64,000 nt of DNA, taken from assembly GCA_964620125.1 (NCBI GenBank), contig CAZUGQ010000003.1, forward strand, positions 89,529 to 153,528, read 5' to 3'. This document shows, in pieces, positions 1 through 9,930 of this stretch. Each line of letters begins with the position of its first letter. The stretch's first letter is position 1. The stretch is from an uncultured Hyphomicrobiales bacterium. Its GTDB lineage: Bacteria; Bacteroidota; Ignavibacteria; Kapaibacteriales; Kapaibacteriaceae. The notes below the pieces were generated by a model. That model was not told the origin of the DNA, did not search any database, and saw nothing but the letters and a program-made list of their open reading frames with translations. Position numbers and translations under genes: made by a program.

Positions 1-985
1 TCCATAGCAGTGTGCCGAACTCCGTGAATTTTGCAACGAAGCCATCGGAACGAGCTTTCCACCGTGGTTGAAAGACACCTGGGCTTTGTGGGAGAGTAGT
101 AATGAATGTGGTTCCGGCTAGGAACACATTGCCAAAAATGTCGTTGGCAGTTTGCACGTCGCCCGAGGTTACTTGTTTGCCGGCGTAGTAGGTAGCCCAC
201 ACAAGCTGTGGGTCGATGATGAGTTCCTGGGAACGGTCGTAGTCACCTACGGAGTATGTGATCGTGTTCCCATCCAAAACTGTTTTGATGGGAACCGAAG
301 CCCCCTGACAAAAGGCGACAGGTGCTTCTTCCTGGATAAGGCCCAGAGGAGTGGTAAAACGGACGCCGCCATCTGGTGAAGGGGAGGCTGATGAAACGCC
401 ATCGTAGAGTAGGCGGATTGAATGTGGATCGGCACCGGGGCGAAGGATGTAGTCAACTTTAACACCTTTGCCGTTTGCGGACAGTCGCATATCGACACCC
501 GGCAGCACATCCACGTATCGAATTTGTTGGTAGCGATCTGCCCGAGCCCCCTTCAATCCAGTGGATGGGGTGATGAAGAAATCGTATCCATTGGCTGCAC
601 GTTCAACCACCAGTCGCGCCTGGGTATTGGCACCGAGCAGGCGAACATCGGTGCGAAAGAGGTCGACGTGAGCATAGAGAGCAGCAGTGTTTGCGATGCT
701 GGGGTTGATCCTAGTGGGAGGAGGCACGGAGGTTTGGGGCGAGTGCCACCGTTCCTGCACGAGGTGGATGCCACCGGCAAAGACGTAGGCCACCATGTTT
801 GGGGCGGAGAGTGTTACGTCGACATGTGATGCAGGTTGGCCGTTTGGGTACGACACTTGGCCCACGTTGTGCACGAATGCCGGGAGCTGGGGGGAAGGGG
901 TTCTGGGGGTAGCTGCCGGTGCAACCGAAGGAAAAGCGAGCGCTGCGATGATGGAGAAAACGACCAGGGAGGTGCGGATGCACAT
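1..985 (-). CDS. secreted SBBP beta-propeller repeat protein, N-terminal part (gene continues beyond window start)
   Basis: Minus-strand frame is open from the ATG at 985-983 to the window edge, so it is absent from the ORF track. Translation starts MCIRTSLVVFSIIAALAFPSVAPAA (signal peptide). It contains ...VLDGNTITYSVGDYDRSQELIIDPQLVWATYYAG..., the same blade motif as the SBBP proteins at 14066 and 17305. Confidence 0.55.
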   Translation of the reverse strand, partial: MCIRTSLVVFSIIAALAFPSVAPAATPRTPSPQLPAFVHNVGQVSYPNGQPASHVDVTLSAPNMVAYVFAGGIHLVQERWHSPQTSVPPPTRINPSIANTAALYAHVDLFRTDVRLLGANTQARLVVERAANGYDFFITPSTGLKGARADRYQQIRYVDVLPGVDMRLSANGKGVKVDYILRPGADPHSIRLLYDGVSSASPSPDGGVRFTTPLGLIQEEAPVAFCQGASVPIKTVLDGNTITYSVGDYDRSQELIIDPQLVWATYYAGKQVTSGDVQTANDIFGNVFLAGTTFITTLPQSPGVFQPRWKARSDGFVAKFTEFGTLLW

Positions 986-1084
986 GGGGACCTCGTGAGT
1001 ACGGATTCGGTGGGATCGTACAAAATGGGGGTAAGTGAGGATAATGGCAAGGGATTAGGTGCCGAGAGAGGAGGAATTCCGGTA

Positions 1085-1292
1085 ATGGTACCGGGAGAAG
1101 AGGTGTCCCGGTAAGGGTACCGGGAGAAGAGGTGTCCCGGTAAGGGTACCGGGAGAAAAGGTGTCCCGGTAATAGTACCGGGACAGAAGGTGTCCCGGTA
1201 CCAGAACCAGGAGAAACGGTGTTCCGGAGATGGTACCGGGAGAAAAGGTGTCCCGGTACTGGTACCGGGAGAAGAGATATCCCGGTAAGTTT
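1085..1292. repeat. tandem array of about 7 palindromic 30-bp units (GGTACCGGGAGAAGAGGTGTCCCGGTAAG) in a divergent intergenic region
   Basis: Direct reading: units at ~1087, 1117, 1147, 1177, 1206 (degenerate), 1231, 1260. Each contains the inverted repeat TACCGGGA...TCCCGGTA. The six-frame ORFs here (711..1352-, 836..1114+, 1230+) show mirror 10-aa periodicity, which is an artefact of the repeats. Confidence 0.85.
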
Positions 1293-1319
1293 CCCGCTAT
1301 CATCTTTAATTTCCTTCGC

Positions 1320-2117
1320 ATGACGCAATTGGAGACGCTTGCCAGCGTTCAAGGACGCTCGCTACTGCGCGATATCTATCGCGAACTGCGCTATGAAAGG
1401 CGTCTGGGAACATTCCAGACGCTTGGTACCATGTGGAGAATTTGCACCACTGAACAAGAGCTGATCCGCCGAACGCGGCACGATGTGGTTGTGCTCCACC
1501 CGCTAGGATGGTGGCAAGGTACTACGTTATGGATGCAGGAGGTCATCAACCGATACTACTTTGCTGCCATCAATGCATGGGTGTATGCTGGTGCTGCAAT
1601 ACTGCTTGTTGCGGTTGGACTCAATCGCGTTGGCGCGATCAATCAACCGTCATTCATTGTTGGTGGCATTGTTCTAGAAGCAGTTCTTCTGCTTGCACTC
1701 TTTGCAGTGATGTACTTTACTCCCCCAGATGAACCGGATGTTGCTCCACATTCATCAGCTGCCTCGGAAGGAACCATCGAGTTGCTGCGTGAACTCGGTG
1801 AGATAGGACGTGATTACGCAGCAATGGCTGTTCAGCTGGAAGCTATCTCAAGCGCACTGAACGACATGGTAGAACGACAAGACGCAATTGTTGAGAGCGT
1901 TCGCGAGAGCGTTGACGCAGCAGTCAAGGCTGTGCAACCCAACCCTGACCTCATGGCTTCCATGAAGGTCACTACTGCGTCGCTTGAACGTTTTTCAGAA
2001 AGTGTCGACGCATTAAGTGATCGCTTGCGTGCTATGGAAACACAGGAAGTAGAGCGAATGGTCCGTGCCGAACTTGAGCGTATCCTTTCCCGTAACATCC
2101 TCAACACCAAGGGATGA
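1320..2117 (+). CDS. two-TM membrane protein with long cytoplasmic coiled-coil tail; topology resembles GldL/PorL
   Basis: ORF 1230..2117 trimmed to the first ATG outside the repeat array (alternatives 1431, 1533). Two hydrophobic helices (AWVYAGAAILLVAVGL; FIVGGIVLEAVLLLALFAV). After them comes an acidic, Ala/Glu/Arg-rich predicted coiled coil. Stop overlaps the next gene start (ATGA). Confidence 0.5.
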   Translation: MTQLETLASVQGRSLLRDIYRELRYERRLGTFQTLGTMWRICTTEQELIRRTRHDVVVLHPLGWWQGTTLWMQEVINRYYFAAINAWVYAGAAILLVAVGLNRVGAINQPSFIVGGIVLEAVLLLALFAVMYFTPPDEPDVAPHSSAASEGTIELLRELGEIGRDYAAMAVQLEAISSALNDMVERQDAIVESVRESVDAAVKAVQPNPDLMASMKVTTASLERFSESVDALSDRLRAMETQEVERMVRAELERILSRNILNTKG

Positions 2118-3577
2118 TTGCACGTCCACGTCGCAGGCGCATCGAGGTCTACTTTATTCTATACCTTGTTGCCCTCGTACTTCTGCTCCCCGATAGCCCA
2201 CAGCGCACCACCAGCGTTGCAACGGTTCCTACCGATCTGAGCCTGGACCTGCAGCCTGAGCGAGTACGACTCGAATGCCAGCTTATAAGGGATTCCGCAG
2301 GGGGCTTGAGGCTGCGTAACCTTGATAGTGTGAACGTGATTCGGTACAGTGGTGATGTTGAGAACATACAGGTTGTGGCCAGAATCGAAGATGTTCTCAC
2401 TGGTCAGATTCTTACTCTCGAACCAGGCAATTCCGCTACGTCGCTGTTCCAGCTTGTACCTCAACCAGATCGGCAAGCTGTCCTGTTTCGCTGGAGTCCT
2501 GATCTGACCGGTGGAATGCCGCGCACCCTTCGTGTTACCGTGACTGGTACAGCGATGCCTCCAGCTACTGGAGGACCGAATGCGTCGGATGCTGACCTTT
2601 TGCCGCAAGGCCTGCGGATCAGTGGGTCAACGCAGTTTGTCCTTGCCACGACGATCGTTGACGAATCCGGAGCCCCCTCCCGTCCATACCAGCTATTCGT
2701 GGATACACTGCGAGTAATTGAGCGAGATGGACGCAGCCTTGGAAATTTCTGGGTTGTTGCTTCTAAAGATGTTGTTAGTGCAGCACCGCTCCAACCGTGG
2801 AGTGTGCGCCTGAGCATGGGCGGAGCAGACCCATTACGGGATCTTGACGGTATGCCTCAGGTGAGAACAACCGTGCCTGGTGTGGATATTGAGAGATTCT
2901 TAGACACAGCAGCACGAAGTGTTGTGCTTCGTGGGCGTGCACCGCGCACGGGTTCGTACGTTGTCATGGTGAATGCCCGACGACGGGATGGGGAGGTAGC
3001 AGAAGCTTCCTTTGTTGTGCAAAGCATATCGTTGCCAGCCGTTAATGTTCCAGACGTGATGTATCCAGGTGTTGAGTACAGTTTTGATGCGCACGTGCCT
3101 GACGTGGCCAGTGCTCAAGCTCTCATCATGAACGGCAATGTTGAGGTAGCGAGTACGCGTTCAGGAAAGTTGACGTGGATGCCACGGCCCTCGGACACGG
3201 GGAAGGTGTACTACTTTGTGCGACACATTGATGGGCAACAGACCGAGGCACCGCGGCCCATCTCAATCCGGAGCTTTCCTCCACCGGAGATAAGGGATGT
3301 GAAGGACATTGGCTCGGGCGACAAGAAGAAGGTTGTTGTTAAGTTCTTTGGCGATCGAAATCAGGATCGACCAATTCTTGAAGTTTTAGAGGGAAACGCG
3401 CGCACTCCACGCAAGCTATTTGGCAATCAACACGCTGCTAACCCGAATGAATCACCGAAGGTGTCTTGGATAGAAGAGTTCGAGATTAGCCGCAGGGATC
3501 CGAGCAAACCGTTTGTGTTTGTTATTCAAGCGCGCGATCCAAGAGGCAGGGTATCGGGAATCTGGGTTGAGAAATGA
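2114..3577 (+). CDS. bitopic membrane protein (N-terminal signal anchor, large periplasmic portion); possible GldM/PorM-like partner
   Basis: 487-aa ORF. The N-terminus RPRRRRIEVYFILYLVALVLLL is a basic stretch followed by a single TM. The rest is hydrophilic and beta-rich. It is translationally coupled to the upstream two-TM protein. Confidence 0.5.
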   Translation: MIARPRRRRIEVYFILYLVALVLLLPDSPQRTTSVATVPTDLSLDLQPERVRLECQLIRDSAGGLRLRNLDSVNVIRYSGDVENIQVVARIEDVLTGQILTLEPGNSATSLFQLVPQPDRQAVLFRWSPDLTGGMPRTLRVTVTGTAMPPATGGPNASDADLLPQGLRISGSTQFVLATTIVDESGAPSRPYQLFVDTLRVIERDGRSLGNFWVVASKDVVSAAPLQPWSVRLSMGGADPLRDLDGMPQVRTTVPGVDIERFLDTAARSVVLRGRAPRTGSYVVMVNARRRDGEVAEASFVVQSISLPAVNVPDVMYPGVEYSFDAHVPDVASAQALIMNGNVEVASTRSGKLTWMPRPSDTGKVYYFVRHIDGQQTEAPRPISIRSFPPPEIRDVKDIGSGDKKKVVVKFFGDRNQDRPILEVLEGNARTPRKLFGNQHAANPNESPKVSWIEEFEISRRDPSKPFVFVIQARDPRGRVSGIWVEK

Positions 3578-3582
3578 CGAAA

Positions 3583-3609
3583 GTACCGGGACATCTACTC
3601 TCCCGGTAC
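3583..3609. repeat. single palindromic unit GTACCGGGACATCTACTCTCCCGGTAC (same family as 1085-1292)
   Basis: Perfect 8-bp arms TACCGGGA/TCCCGGTA around a 9-nt loop. It lies between convergent genes (2114..3577+ and mltG-) and is probably a bidirectional terminator/REP-like element. Confidence 0.7.
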
Positions 3610-3621
3610 GTCTCCGCTACC

Positions 3622-4593
3622 TCAGCCCCCTGCCCTCGCCGCACGATACCGCGCCACATTCCTTACATGCTCCGCATACGTCTTCGCAAACCAATGCTTG
3701 CCGCTGCCGTCACCCCGTGCAACGAAAAAAAAGTATGCATGCTCCTCCGGATCTTGTGCAGCTCGAATTGCTCGTAACCCCGGATTGCAGATCGGCGTGG
3801 GCGGCAGTCCCACGTGCACATACGTATTCCACTCATGGCCCACAGCCAGATGCTCATACAGTACTCTTTCGCGTTTGCCAAGGCCATACTGCACCGTTGG
3901 GTCCGACTCCAGCCTCATCCCACGTTTCAGCCGATTCATGTAAACTCCTGCAATCCTCGGCATCTCGGCTTCATCGGCAGCCTCCGCCTGCACGATCGAA
4001 GCAAGGATTAACTGATCATTCGTGGGCTCACTGTCGGCAACCTGCCGCTCGTATTCTCGAACAAGTCGTTCAGCTACTGCTTCAGCCCCTTCACGCCAAA
4101 AGAACTCGTACGTGTTTGGAAATAGTCGGCCCTCAAGGCTATCAAACGCCGATGCCAACGATGCCGTGTCAGTATCGAGCTTCTGCCCAAGCAACAGCGC
4201 GGTTTCGTGTGCCGTTAGGCCCTCGGGTATGGTTACCTGCACCGTGGGCCTGCGCCGACCGGTAAACAAGGCCTCCAGTACATCGAACTGCTCGTCACCC
4301 TGATGAAATACATACCACCCACTATGGATCGTTGTTAGGGGGCTTAGGCGCATGGTTACTCTTGCGGCGAGCTTTACCAACCATGGCGTAGGCATCGGGC
4401 ATTGCGCGTCTATGCTGTCAATAGCAGCAACCACACTGGTGTTTCGCGGAATGAAAACCATGCCGTTCTCACCAGCATTGATTTCCATCGAGAGTACCCA
4501 CCACGCCAATCCGGCGACCATCACACAGAATCCCAGGATCAGGGATCCGGTTAGGATTGCTGTCTGCCGTACGGACCGTCGTCGTCTACTCAT
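3622..4593 (-). CDS. mltG: endolytic murein transglycosylase MltG (YceG family)
   Basis: ORF 3622..4647 with the start placed at MSRRRRSVRQTAILTGSLILGFCVMVAGLAWWVL (signal anchor). YceG hallmarks are present: IPEGLT, LESDPTVQYGLG, NTYVHVGLPPTPICNPG. Confidence 0.8.
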   Translation of the reverse strand: MSRRRRSVRQTAILTGSLILGFCVMVAGLAWWVLSMEINAGENGMVFIPRNTSVVAAIDSIDAQCPMPTPWLVKLAARVTMRLSPLTTIHSGWYVFHQGDEQFDVLEALFTGRRRPTVQVTIPEGLTAHETALLLGQKLDTDTASLASAFDSLEGRLFPNTYEFFWREGAEAVAERLVREYERQVADSEPTNDQLILASIVQAEAADEAEMPRIAGVYMNRLKRGMRLESDPTVQYGLGKRERVLYEHLAVGHEWNTYVHVGLPPTPICNPGLRAIRAAQDPEEHAYFFFVARGDGSGKHWFAKTYAEHVRNVARYRAARAGG

Positions 4594-4674
4594 GAGCAAA
4601 AATCGGCTGGACGGATGGTAACGTCTTCTACAACAAACAGAACGCACTTGTTTACTCGTGCCGAATGTATCACA

Positions 4675-4694
4675 AAACGCTTTCAGCGTTTTTG
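4675..4694. terminator. bidirectional rho-independent-type hairpin AAAACGCTTTCAGCGTTTTT
   Basis: 8-bp stem AAAACGCT/AGCGTTTT with A/T runs on both sides. It is located 3' of the minus-strand ABC ATPase gene and 5' of mltG. Confidence 0.45.
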
Positions 4695-4797
4695 CACCTA
4701 TCGTAAATGATAGTCCTTGACCAGCGCTAACTGTTCCGTCGATCCTATCGTACGCAAAGGGCGTTTGCTTTTTGGTACTGAGGATGCTTCAACTGTG

Positions 4798-5688
4798 TCA
4801 TGCTCCTACACTCTTCACGAAGATGTCGTGCAGGCTCGGCTCGGCAAGCTCGAATCTGGTGATGTGCACTCGGTCAATGAACAGTCGTAAAAGGGCATCT
4901 GATGTAAGCGAAGGGTCGGTGATGCGAAGCTCAACCCTGCCTACCGTGGAGCTCACTACCTCGGTACCGGGAACCTCACGCACGGCATCGTCGTTGCCAT
5001 CGTACCTGATGATGACGCGATCACTACGATACTCAGCCTTGATGCTTCGAACGCTCCCATGCAAAATCACTTCGCCGCGGTTGATCAATGCAATGTCATC
5101 ACAGAGCTTTTCTACCTGATCCATCTGGTGTGTTGACAGGAGTACGGTTGTCTGCTCATTCCGAAGTTCCTTCACCGTATCTATCAACAGCTGAGCATTC
5201 ACGGGGTCAAGCCCACTGAATGGCTCGTCAAGGATTACCAGCCTTGGGCCATGCAACAGAGTGCTGATGAACTGCACCTTCTGCTGCATACCTTTCGAAA
5301 GCTCTTCAATCTTCTTACGCTCCCAACCACTAGCATCAAGCTTCTCAAGCCAGAACGCCACTCGTTGTTTTGCTTCGTGCTGCGCAAGGCCTTTCAGGCG
5401 AGCGAAGTACTCGAGCTGCTCGGCAACAGTGAGTTTTTTGTACAGGCCGCGTTCCTCAGGCAAATAGCCGATTCTCTCCTGCGCAAGCTCATGCACAGGT
5501 TCACCATCTAATAAAATTTCACCACTATCTGGTTGAGTGATGTTGGTGATCATCCGTATTAGCGTAGTCTTGCCGGCACCGTTGGGGCCGAGCAATCCAA
5601 AGATTCTACCGGGAACGGCTCGCATGCTTATTGCGTTATTAGCCACATGGTTGCCGTAGCGCTTCACCACATTTCGGACTTCAAGCAT
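4798..5688 (-). CDS. ABC transporter ATP-binding protein (ABC-2/NatA-GldA-like)
   Basis: Walker A GPNGAGKTT, Q-loop, signature LSKGMQQKV, Walker B LVILDEP, H-loop STHQ, plus a C-terminal regulatory extension. No permease gene is adjacent. Confidence 0.85.
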   Translation of the reverse strand: MLEVRNVVKRYGNHVANNAISMRAVPGRIFGLLGPNGAGKTTLIRMITNITQPDSGEILLDGEPVHELAQERIGYLPEERGLYKKLTVAEQLEYFARLKGLAQHEAKQRVAFWLEKLDASGWERKKIEELSKGMQQKVQFISTLLHGPRLVILDEPFSGLDPVNAQLLIDTVKELRNEQTTVLLSTHQMDQVEKLCDDIALINRGEVILHGSVRSIKAEYRSDRVIIRYDGNDDAVREVPGTEVVSSTVGRVELRITDPSLTSDALLRLFIDRVHITRFELAEPSLHDIFVKSVGA

Positions 5689-5863
5689 GTGGCAAGATAG
5701 CAGTTCTTTACAGCTTGATGAGAGGCTAGCGAATTACCAGACCATTGTGCATCGTCGTGGGGCCATGTGGTGTCATGACTCTTCACAATCGTCATGCTTA
5801 AAACGCCAACCTCGAAGCGTGAATACGTAACTTTGGCCGGGCGAAACATGAGGAACACAATCA

Positions 5864-6547
5864 ATGCGGTCATTTAGCGCGGTCTGGAATAGCACCATCA
5901 TGCAGAAATGGGTGATGGCGGTAACGGGCATCGGTTTGGTACTGTTTCTGCTTGGCCACTTAAGTGGCAATCTGCTGGTATTCCTCGGGCCAGATCACAT
6001 GAATTCCTATGCTGTAGAACTCCGTGAGATGCTTCACGGAGCGGCGATATGGGTTGTGCGTTTGGGTCTGCTGCTGTTTTTCCTCCTTCACATTTGGTCG
6101 GGCATCAAACTCGCCCGCCTTAATCGCACAGCAAAGGGGGAGGGGTACGAGCGTGCAGATTATCGAGCATCGACTCTGGCTTCGCGTACGATGATGTATT
6201 CAGGCCTGCTCATCCTTGTGTATGTGATCTACCACCTGGCTCACTTCACATGGGGTATCGTGCATCATGAGTTCTATCATTTCACGGATAAAATGGGTCG
6301 GCACGACGTGTACAGGATGGTTGTGGAGAGCTTCCATCAGCCACTGATCAGCGTTTTCTACGTGGTTGCGATGATCGTAACCGGTTTCCACCTTAACCAC
6401 GCCATCAGCAGTGCCTTCCAAACATTAGGCATCAATCACCCGCGATATACACCCCTGATTCGCATCATCGGCCCCGTGCTCGGTGCCGTGATTGTTCTGG
6501 GATTCCTGTCTGTGCCAATTGCCATCATGACTGGAATCGTGAAATAA
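5864..6547 (+). CDS. sdhC: succinate dehydrogenase/fumarate reductase cytochrome b subunit (b558 family)
   Basis: 227-aa polytopic protein with conserved His-bearing helices ([24 protein letters not shown]). It sits immediately upstream of sdhA/sdhB. Confidence 0.8.
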   Translation: MRSFSAVWNSTIMQKWVMAVTGIGLVLFLLGHLSGNLLVFLGPDHMNSYAVELREMLHGAAIWVVRLGLLLFFLLHIWSGIKLARLNRTAKGEGYERADYRASTLASRTMMYSGLLILVYVIYHLAHFTWGIVHHEFYHFTDKMGRHDVYRMVVESFHQPLISVFYVVAMIVTGFHLNHAISSAFQTLGINHPRYTPLIRIIGPVLGAVIVLGFLSVPIAIMTGIVK

Positions 6548-6563
6548 GGGGCTTGAGCAGACT

Positions 6564-8480
6564 ATGAACCTTAATAGTAAGATTCCGTCAGGCCCACTTG
6601 AACAGAAGTGGGACAAACACAAGTCCGAACTCAAGCTGGTAAATCCGGCCAACAAACGGAAGTTTTCCGTGATCGTGGTCGGCACCGGTCTTGCTGGTGC
6701 TTCAGCAGCAGCATCTCTTGCGGAACTGGGGTACAACGTGACCGCCATTACGTACCACGATTCTCCTCGGCGGGCACATAGTATTGCTGCTCAAGGTGGA
6801 ATCAATGCTGCGAAGAACTACCAGAATGATGGCGACAGCATCTGGAGGCTTTTCTATGACACCATCAAGGGGGGGGACTTTAGGGCTCGTGAAGGGAACG
6901 TCTACCGCTTGGCTCAGGTGTCAGTCAACATTATTGACCAGTGTGTGGCGCAGGGTGTTCCTTTTGCTCGTGACTATGGTGGATACTTGGATAATCGCTC
7001 CTTTGGTGGTGCACAGGTTAGTCGGACATTCTATGCTCGTGGACAAACGGGACAGCAGCTGCTTCTGGGTGCGTATCAAGCACTCTCCCGTCAGATTGGC
7101 CTCGGCAGGGTGCGGATGCTCAACCGTCGGGAGATGATGGATCTTGTGGTAATCAACGAGCGTGCTCGTGGCGTTGTTACTCGCGACCTTACAACAGGCC
7201 GAATTGAAACCGTGCTTGCAGATGCTGTTTTGCTCTGCACAGGAGGTTATGGCAATGTCTTCTACTTGAGCACAAATGCCAAGAATTGCAATGTGACGGC
7301 TGCCTTCCGGGCATATAAACGAGGCGCTGTCTTCGGCAATCCTTGTTACACGCAGATTCACCCCACGTGTATTCCTGTGAGCGGCGACTATCAGAGTAAA
7401 CTCACGCTGATGAGCGAATCGCTGCGGAACGATGGACGGATCTGGGTGCCAAAAAAGCAAGGAGACACTCGCAAGCCCTCCGACATACCCGAGAGTGAAC
7501 GAGACTACTACCTGGAACGTAAGTACCCAAGTTTTGGCAACCTCTCACCAAGAGATATCGCATCGCGTGCGGCGAAGGAAGCATGCGATGATGGGCGCGG
7601 CGTTGGCCCGGGCGGTCGGGGTGTATACCTCGATTTTGCTGACGCCATTGCTCGCTTGGGCAGAAAGGTTATCGAGGACCGCTATGGCAACCTGTTCGAG
7701 ATGTACGAACGCATTACTGGTGAGGATCCGTACTCCGTGCCAATGCGTATCTACCCTGCCGTTCACTATACAATGGGCGGTCTGTGGGTTGACTACAACC
7801 TGATGAGTAATATCCCTGGTCTATTCGTTCTTGGCGAAGCAAACTTTTCGGACCATGGTGCAAACCGCCTTGGTGCAAGTGCTCTGATGCAGGGCCTGGC
7901 TGATGGATACTTCGTGATTCCCTACACCCTTGGAGGGTACTTCGGTGAGGTAGGCCCAAGCCCCCTGCCATCATCTGATGCGCCTGAAGTGCGGCAGGCT
8001 GAACAGGCTGCAGCAGACAAAGTGAACAGACTGCTATCCATTAATGGCAAGCGCACACCAACAAGCTTTCACCGTGAGTTGGGTAAAATCATGTGGGACA
8101 AGTGCGGCATGGCCAGAAATGAAAGGGGGCTACGGCAGGCGCTGCAAGAAATACCGGCGTTGCGTGAAGAGTTCTGGCAAAATCTGCATGTGCCGGGAAG
8201 TGGCGCAGAGCTCAATCAATCACTTGAGTTGGCATCGCGTGTGGCTGATTTCATGGAGTTCGGTGAGCTAATGGTCCGCGATGCTCTCCATCGCAACGAG
8301 AGTTGTGGCGGGCATTTTCGTGAAGAGTACCAAACAGAGGATGGCGAGGCCAAGCGGAACGATGAAGAGTATGCCTACGTTGCGGCGTGGGAATATGCTG
8401 GTGAATCTGCAGAGCCAGTCTTGCACAAGGAGAAGCTGGAATTCGAGAATGTGCATTTGGCAACGAGGAGCTACAAGTGA
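6564..8480 (+). CDS. sdhA: succinate dehydrogenase/fumarate reductase flavoprotein subunit
   Basis: Dinucleotide fold [12 protein letters not shown], covalent-FAD region [12 protein letters not shown], active-site HYTMGG, RLGASAL; 638 aa. Confidence 0.9.
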   Translation: MNLNSKIPSGPLEQKWDKHKSELKLVNPANKRKFSVIVVGTGLAGASAAASLAELGYNVTAITYHDSPRRAHSIAAQGGINAAKNYQNDGDSIWRLFYDTIKGGDFRAREGNVYRLAQVSVNIIDQCVAQGVPFARDYGGYLDNRSFGGAQVSRTFYARGQTGQQLLLGAYQALSRQIGLGRVRMLNRREMMDLVVINERARGVVTRDLTTGRIETVLADAVLLCTGGYGNVFYLSTNAKNCNVTAAFRAYKRGAVFGNPCYTQIHPTCIPVSGDYQSKLTLMSESLRNDGRIWVPKKQGDTRKPSDIPESERDYYLERKYPSFGNLSPRDIASRAAKEACDDGRGVGPGGRGVYLDFADAIARLGRKVIEDRYGNLFEMYERITGEDPYSVPMRIYPAVHYTMGGLWVDYNLMSNIPGLFVLGEANFSDHGANRLGASALMQGLADGYFVIPYTLGGYFGEVGPSPLPSSDAPEVRQAEQAAADKVNRLLSINGKRTPTSFHRELGKIMWDKCGMARNERGLRQALQEIPALREEFWQNLHVPGSGAELNQSLELASRVADFMEFGELMVRDALHRNESCGGHFREEYQTEDGEAKRNDEEYAYVAAWEYAGESAEPVLHKEKLEFENVHLATRSYK

Positions 8481-9229
8481 TGAAACTCAGACTACATATT
8501 TGGCGACAGGCAAACGCCGATGATCAAGGGATGCTAAAGACGTACGATCTAGCGAACGTAAGCGAGCATATGAGCTTTTTGGAAATGCTCGATGTGCTCA
8601 ACGAGCAACTGATCGAATCAGGTCAGGATCCCGTGGCGTTCGAACATGATTGTAGAGAAGGTATCTGTGGTAGCTGCAACATGGTTATCAATGGTCGACC
8701 ACACGGTCCAGTTCCGCGCACTACTGCATGCCAGCTACACATGCGCTCGTTTAAGGATGGAGACGAGATATACATTGAACCATGGAGGGCAAAAGCCTTT
8801 CCCGTGATTCGCGACCTGGTGGTTGATCGAAGTGCATTCGACAGAATCATTCAGTCAGGGGGCTTCATCAGTGCAAACACCGGCACAGCCCCCGATGGGA
8901 ACGCCATCCCCGTACCGAAACAGCAGGCAGACCGTTCTATGGATGCTGCAGCATGCATTGGCTGCGGTGCATGTGTAGCTGCATGCCCAAATGCTAGTGC
9001 GATGTTGTTCGTTGCAGCTAAGATTGGGCATCTGGGCACGTTGCCACAGGGCCAGGCAGAGCGCAACGAGCGTGCAGTGAATATGGTCTTGCAGATGGAT
9101 GCGGAAGGCTTTGGTGCATGCACCAACCATTATGAATGTGAGGCAGCGTGCCCTAAGGGTATCAGCGTCGAGTTCATTGCTCAGATGAATCGCGACTTTG
9201 TAGGTGCCTCGTTGTTTGGTCGTGGATAA
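8477..9229 (+). CDS. sdhB: succinate dehydrogenase/fumarate reductase iron-sulfur subunit
   Basis: 2Fe-2S motif [17 protein letters not shown], 4Fe-4[13 protein letters not shown], 3Fe-4[13 protein letters not shown]. Overlaps the sdhA stop. Confidence 0.9.
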   Translation: MMKLRLHIWRQANADDQGMLKTYDLANVSEHMSFLEMLDVLNEQLIESGQDPVAFEHDCREGICGSCNMVINGRPHGPVPRTTACQLHMRSFKDGDEIYIEPWRAKAFPVIRDLVVDRSAFDRIIQSGGFISANTGTAPDGNAIPVPKQQADRSMDAAACIGCGACVAACPNASAMLFVAAKIGHLGTLPQGQAERNERAVNMVLQMDAEGFGACTNHYECEAACPKGISVEFIAQMNRDFVGASLFGRG

Positions 9230-9231
9230 TC

Positions 9232-9930
9232 GTGGCAACCATTCTCATCATCGAGGATGACCCCGCGATAATCATTGGCTTGCAGGATGCATTGGCCGCA
9301 GAGGGTTTTACTGTGTTGGTTGAGCGTGATGGTGAATCAGGCTTGCGGCAGGCACGAAGGGAACAGGCAGACTGTATATTACTTGACGTGATGCTGCCAT
9401 TTATGAATGGCCGTGATGTGTGTCGCACTCTGCGCGCGGAAGGGATCAACACACCGGTGCTCATGCTCACAAGTAAGACGGATGAAACGGATGTAGTTCT
9501 CGGCCTTGAGGTTGGGGCAGACGACTATGTAACGAAGCCCTTCAGACTGAATGAGCTCATCGCTCGCATTCGAGCGCTACTCCGCAGAAGAACTGCCCTT
9601 GCGAAGCGCGTTGAGGGTAGTACTCGATTTGGCAACGTTGAAGTGGATATCGAGCGAATGGAATTGAGAGTGGCTGGGCAGGCCGTCAAGGTAAGTGTAC
9701 GAGAACTCGAAGTGCTAAACTTCCTGATGAAACACGAGAATGAAGTTGTGACACGGGAAATGCTGCTTGATACCGTCTGGGGCTACAACCATTATCCTTC
9801 AACCAGAACGGTTGACAACTACATTCTGTCTCTCCGTAAAAAGATTGAGCCTGACCCAGCTCATCCAATTCATTTACGCACTGTACACACGGCAAGATAC
9901 CGTTTTACGAAAGAGGAAACGTCATCGTAA
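9232..9930 (+). CDS. OmpR-family response regulator (REC + winged-helix)
   Basis: ILIIEDD...D51-like LLDVMLP...TSKTD...K in the REC domain; C-terminal TVWGYNHYPSTRTVDNYILSLRKKIE wing. GTG start 2 nt after the sdhB stop. Confidence 0.85.
   Translation: MATILIIEDDPAIIIGLQDALAAEGFTVLVERDGESGLRQARREQADCILLDVMLPFMNGRDVCRTLRAEGINTPVLMLTSKTDETDVVLGLEVGADDYVTKPFRLNELIARIRALLRRRTALAKRVEGSTRFGNVEVDIERMELRVAGQAVKVSVRELEVLNFLMKHENEVVTREMLLDTVWGYNHYPSTRTVDNYILSLRKKIEPDPAHPIHLRTVHTARYRFTKEETSS

Noticed and set aside
711-1352. 213-aa minus-strand ORF (and 836..1114+, 1055..1321-) with striking 10-aa periodic peptide repeats (PGHLFSRY...)
   Set aside because: The periodicity is produced on both strands and in several frames by the 30-bp palindromic DNA array. 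There is no start context, and it occupies a divergent intergenic region.
3513-4265. 250-aa plus-strand ORF and several others antisense to mltG
   Set aside because: Fully overlapped by the strongly supported mltG gene on the opposite strand; Pro/Arg/Ser-rich low-complexity translation typical of antisense GC-rich frames.
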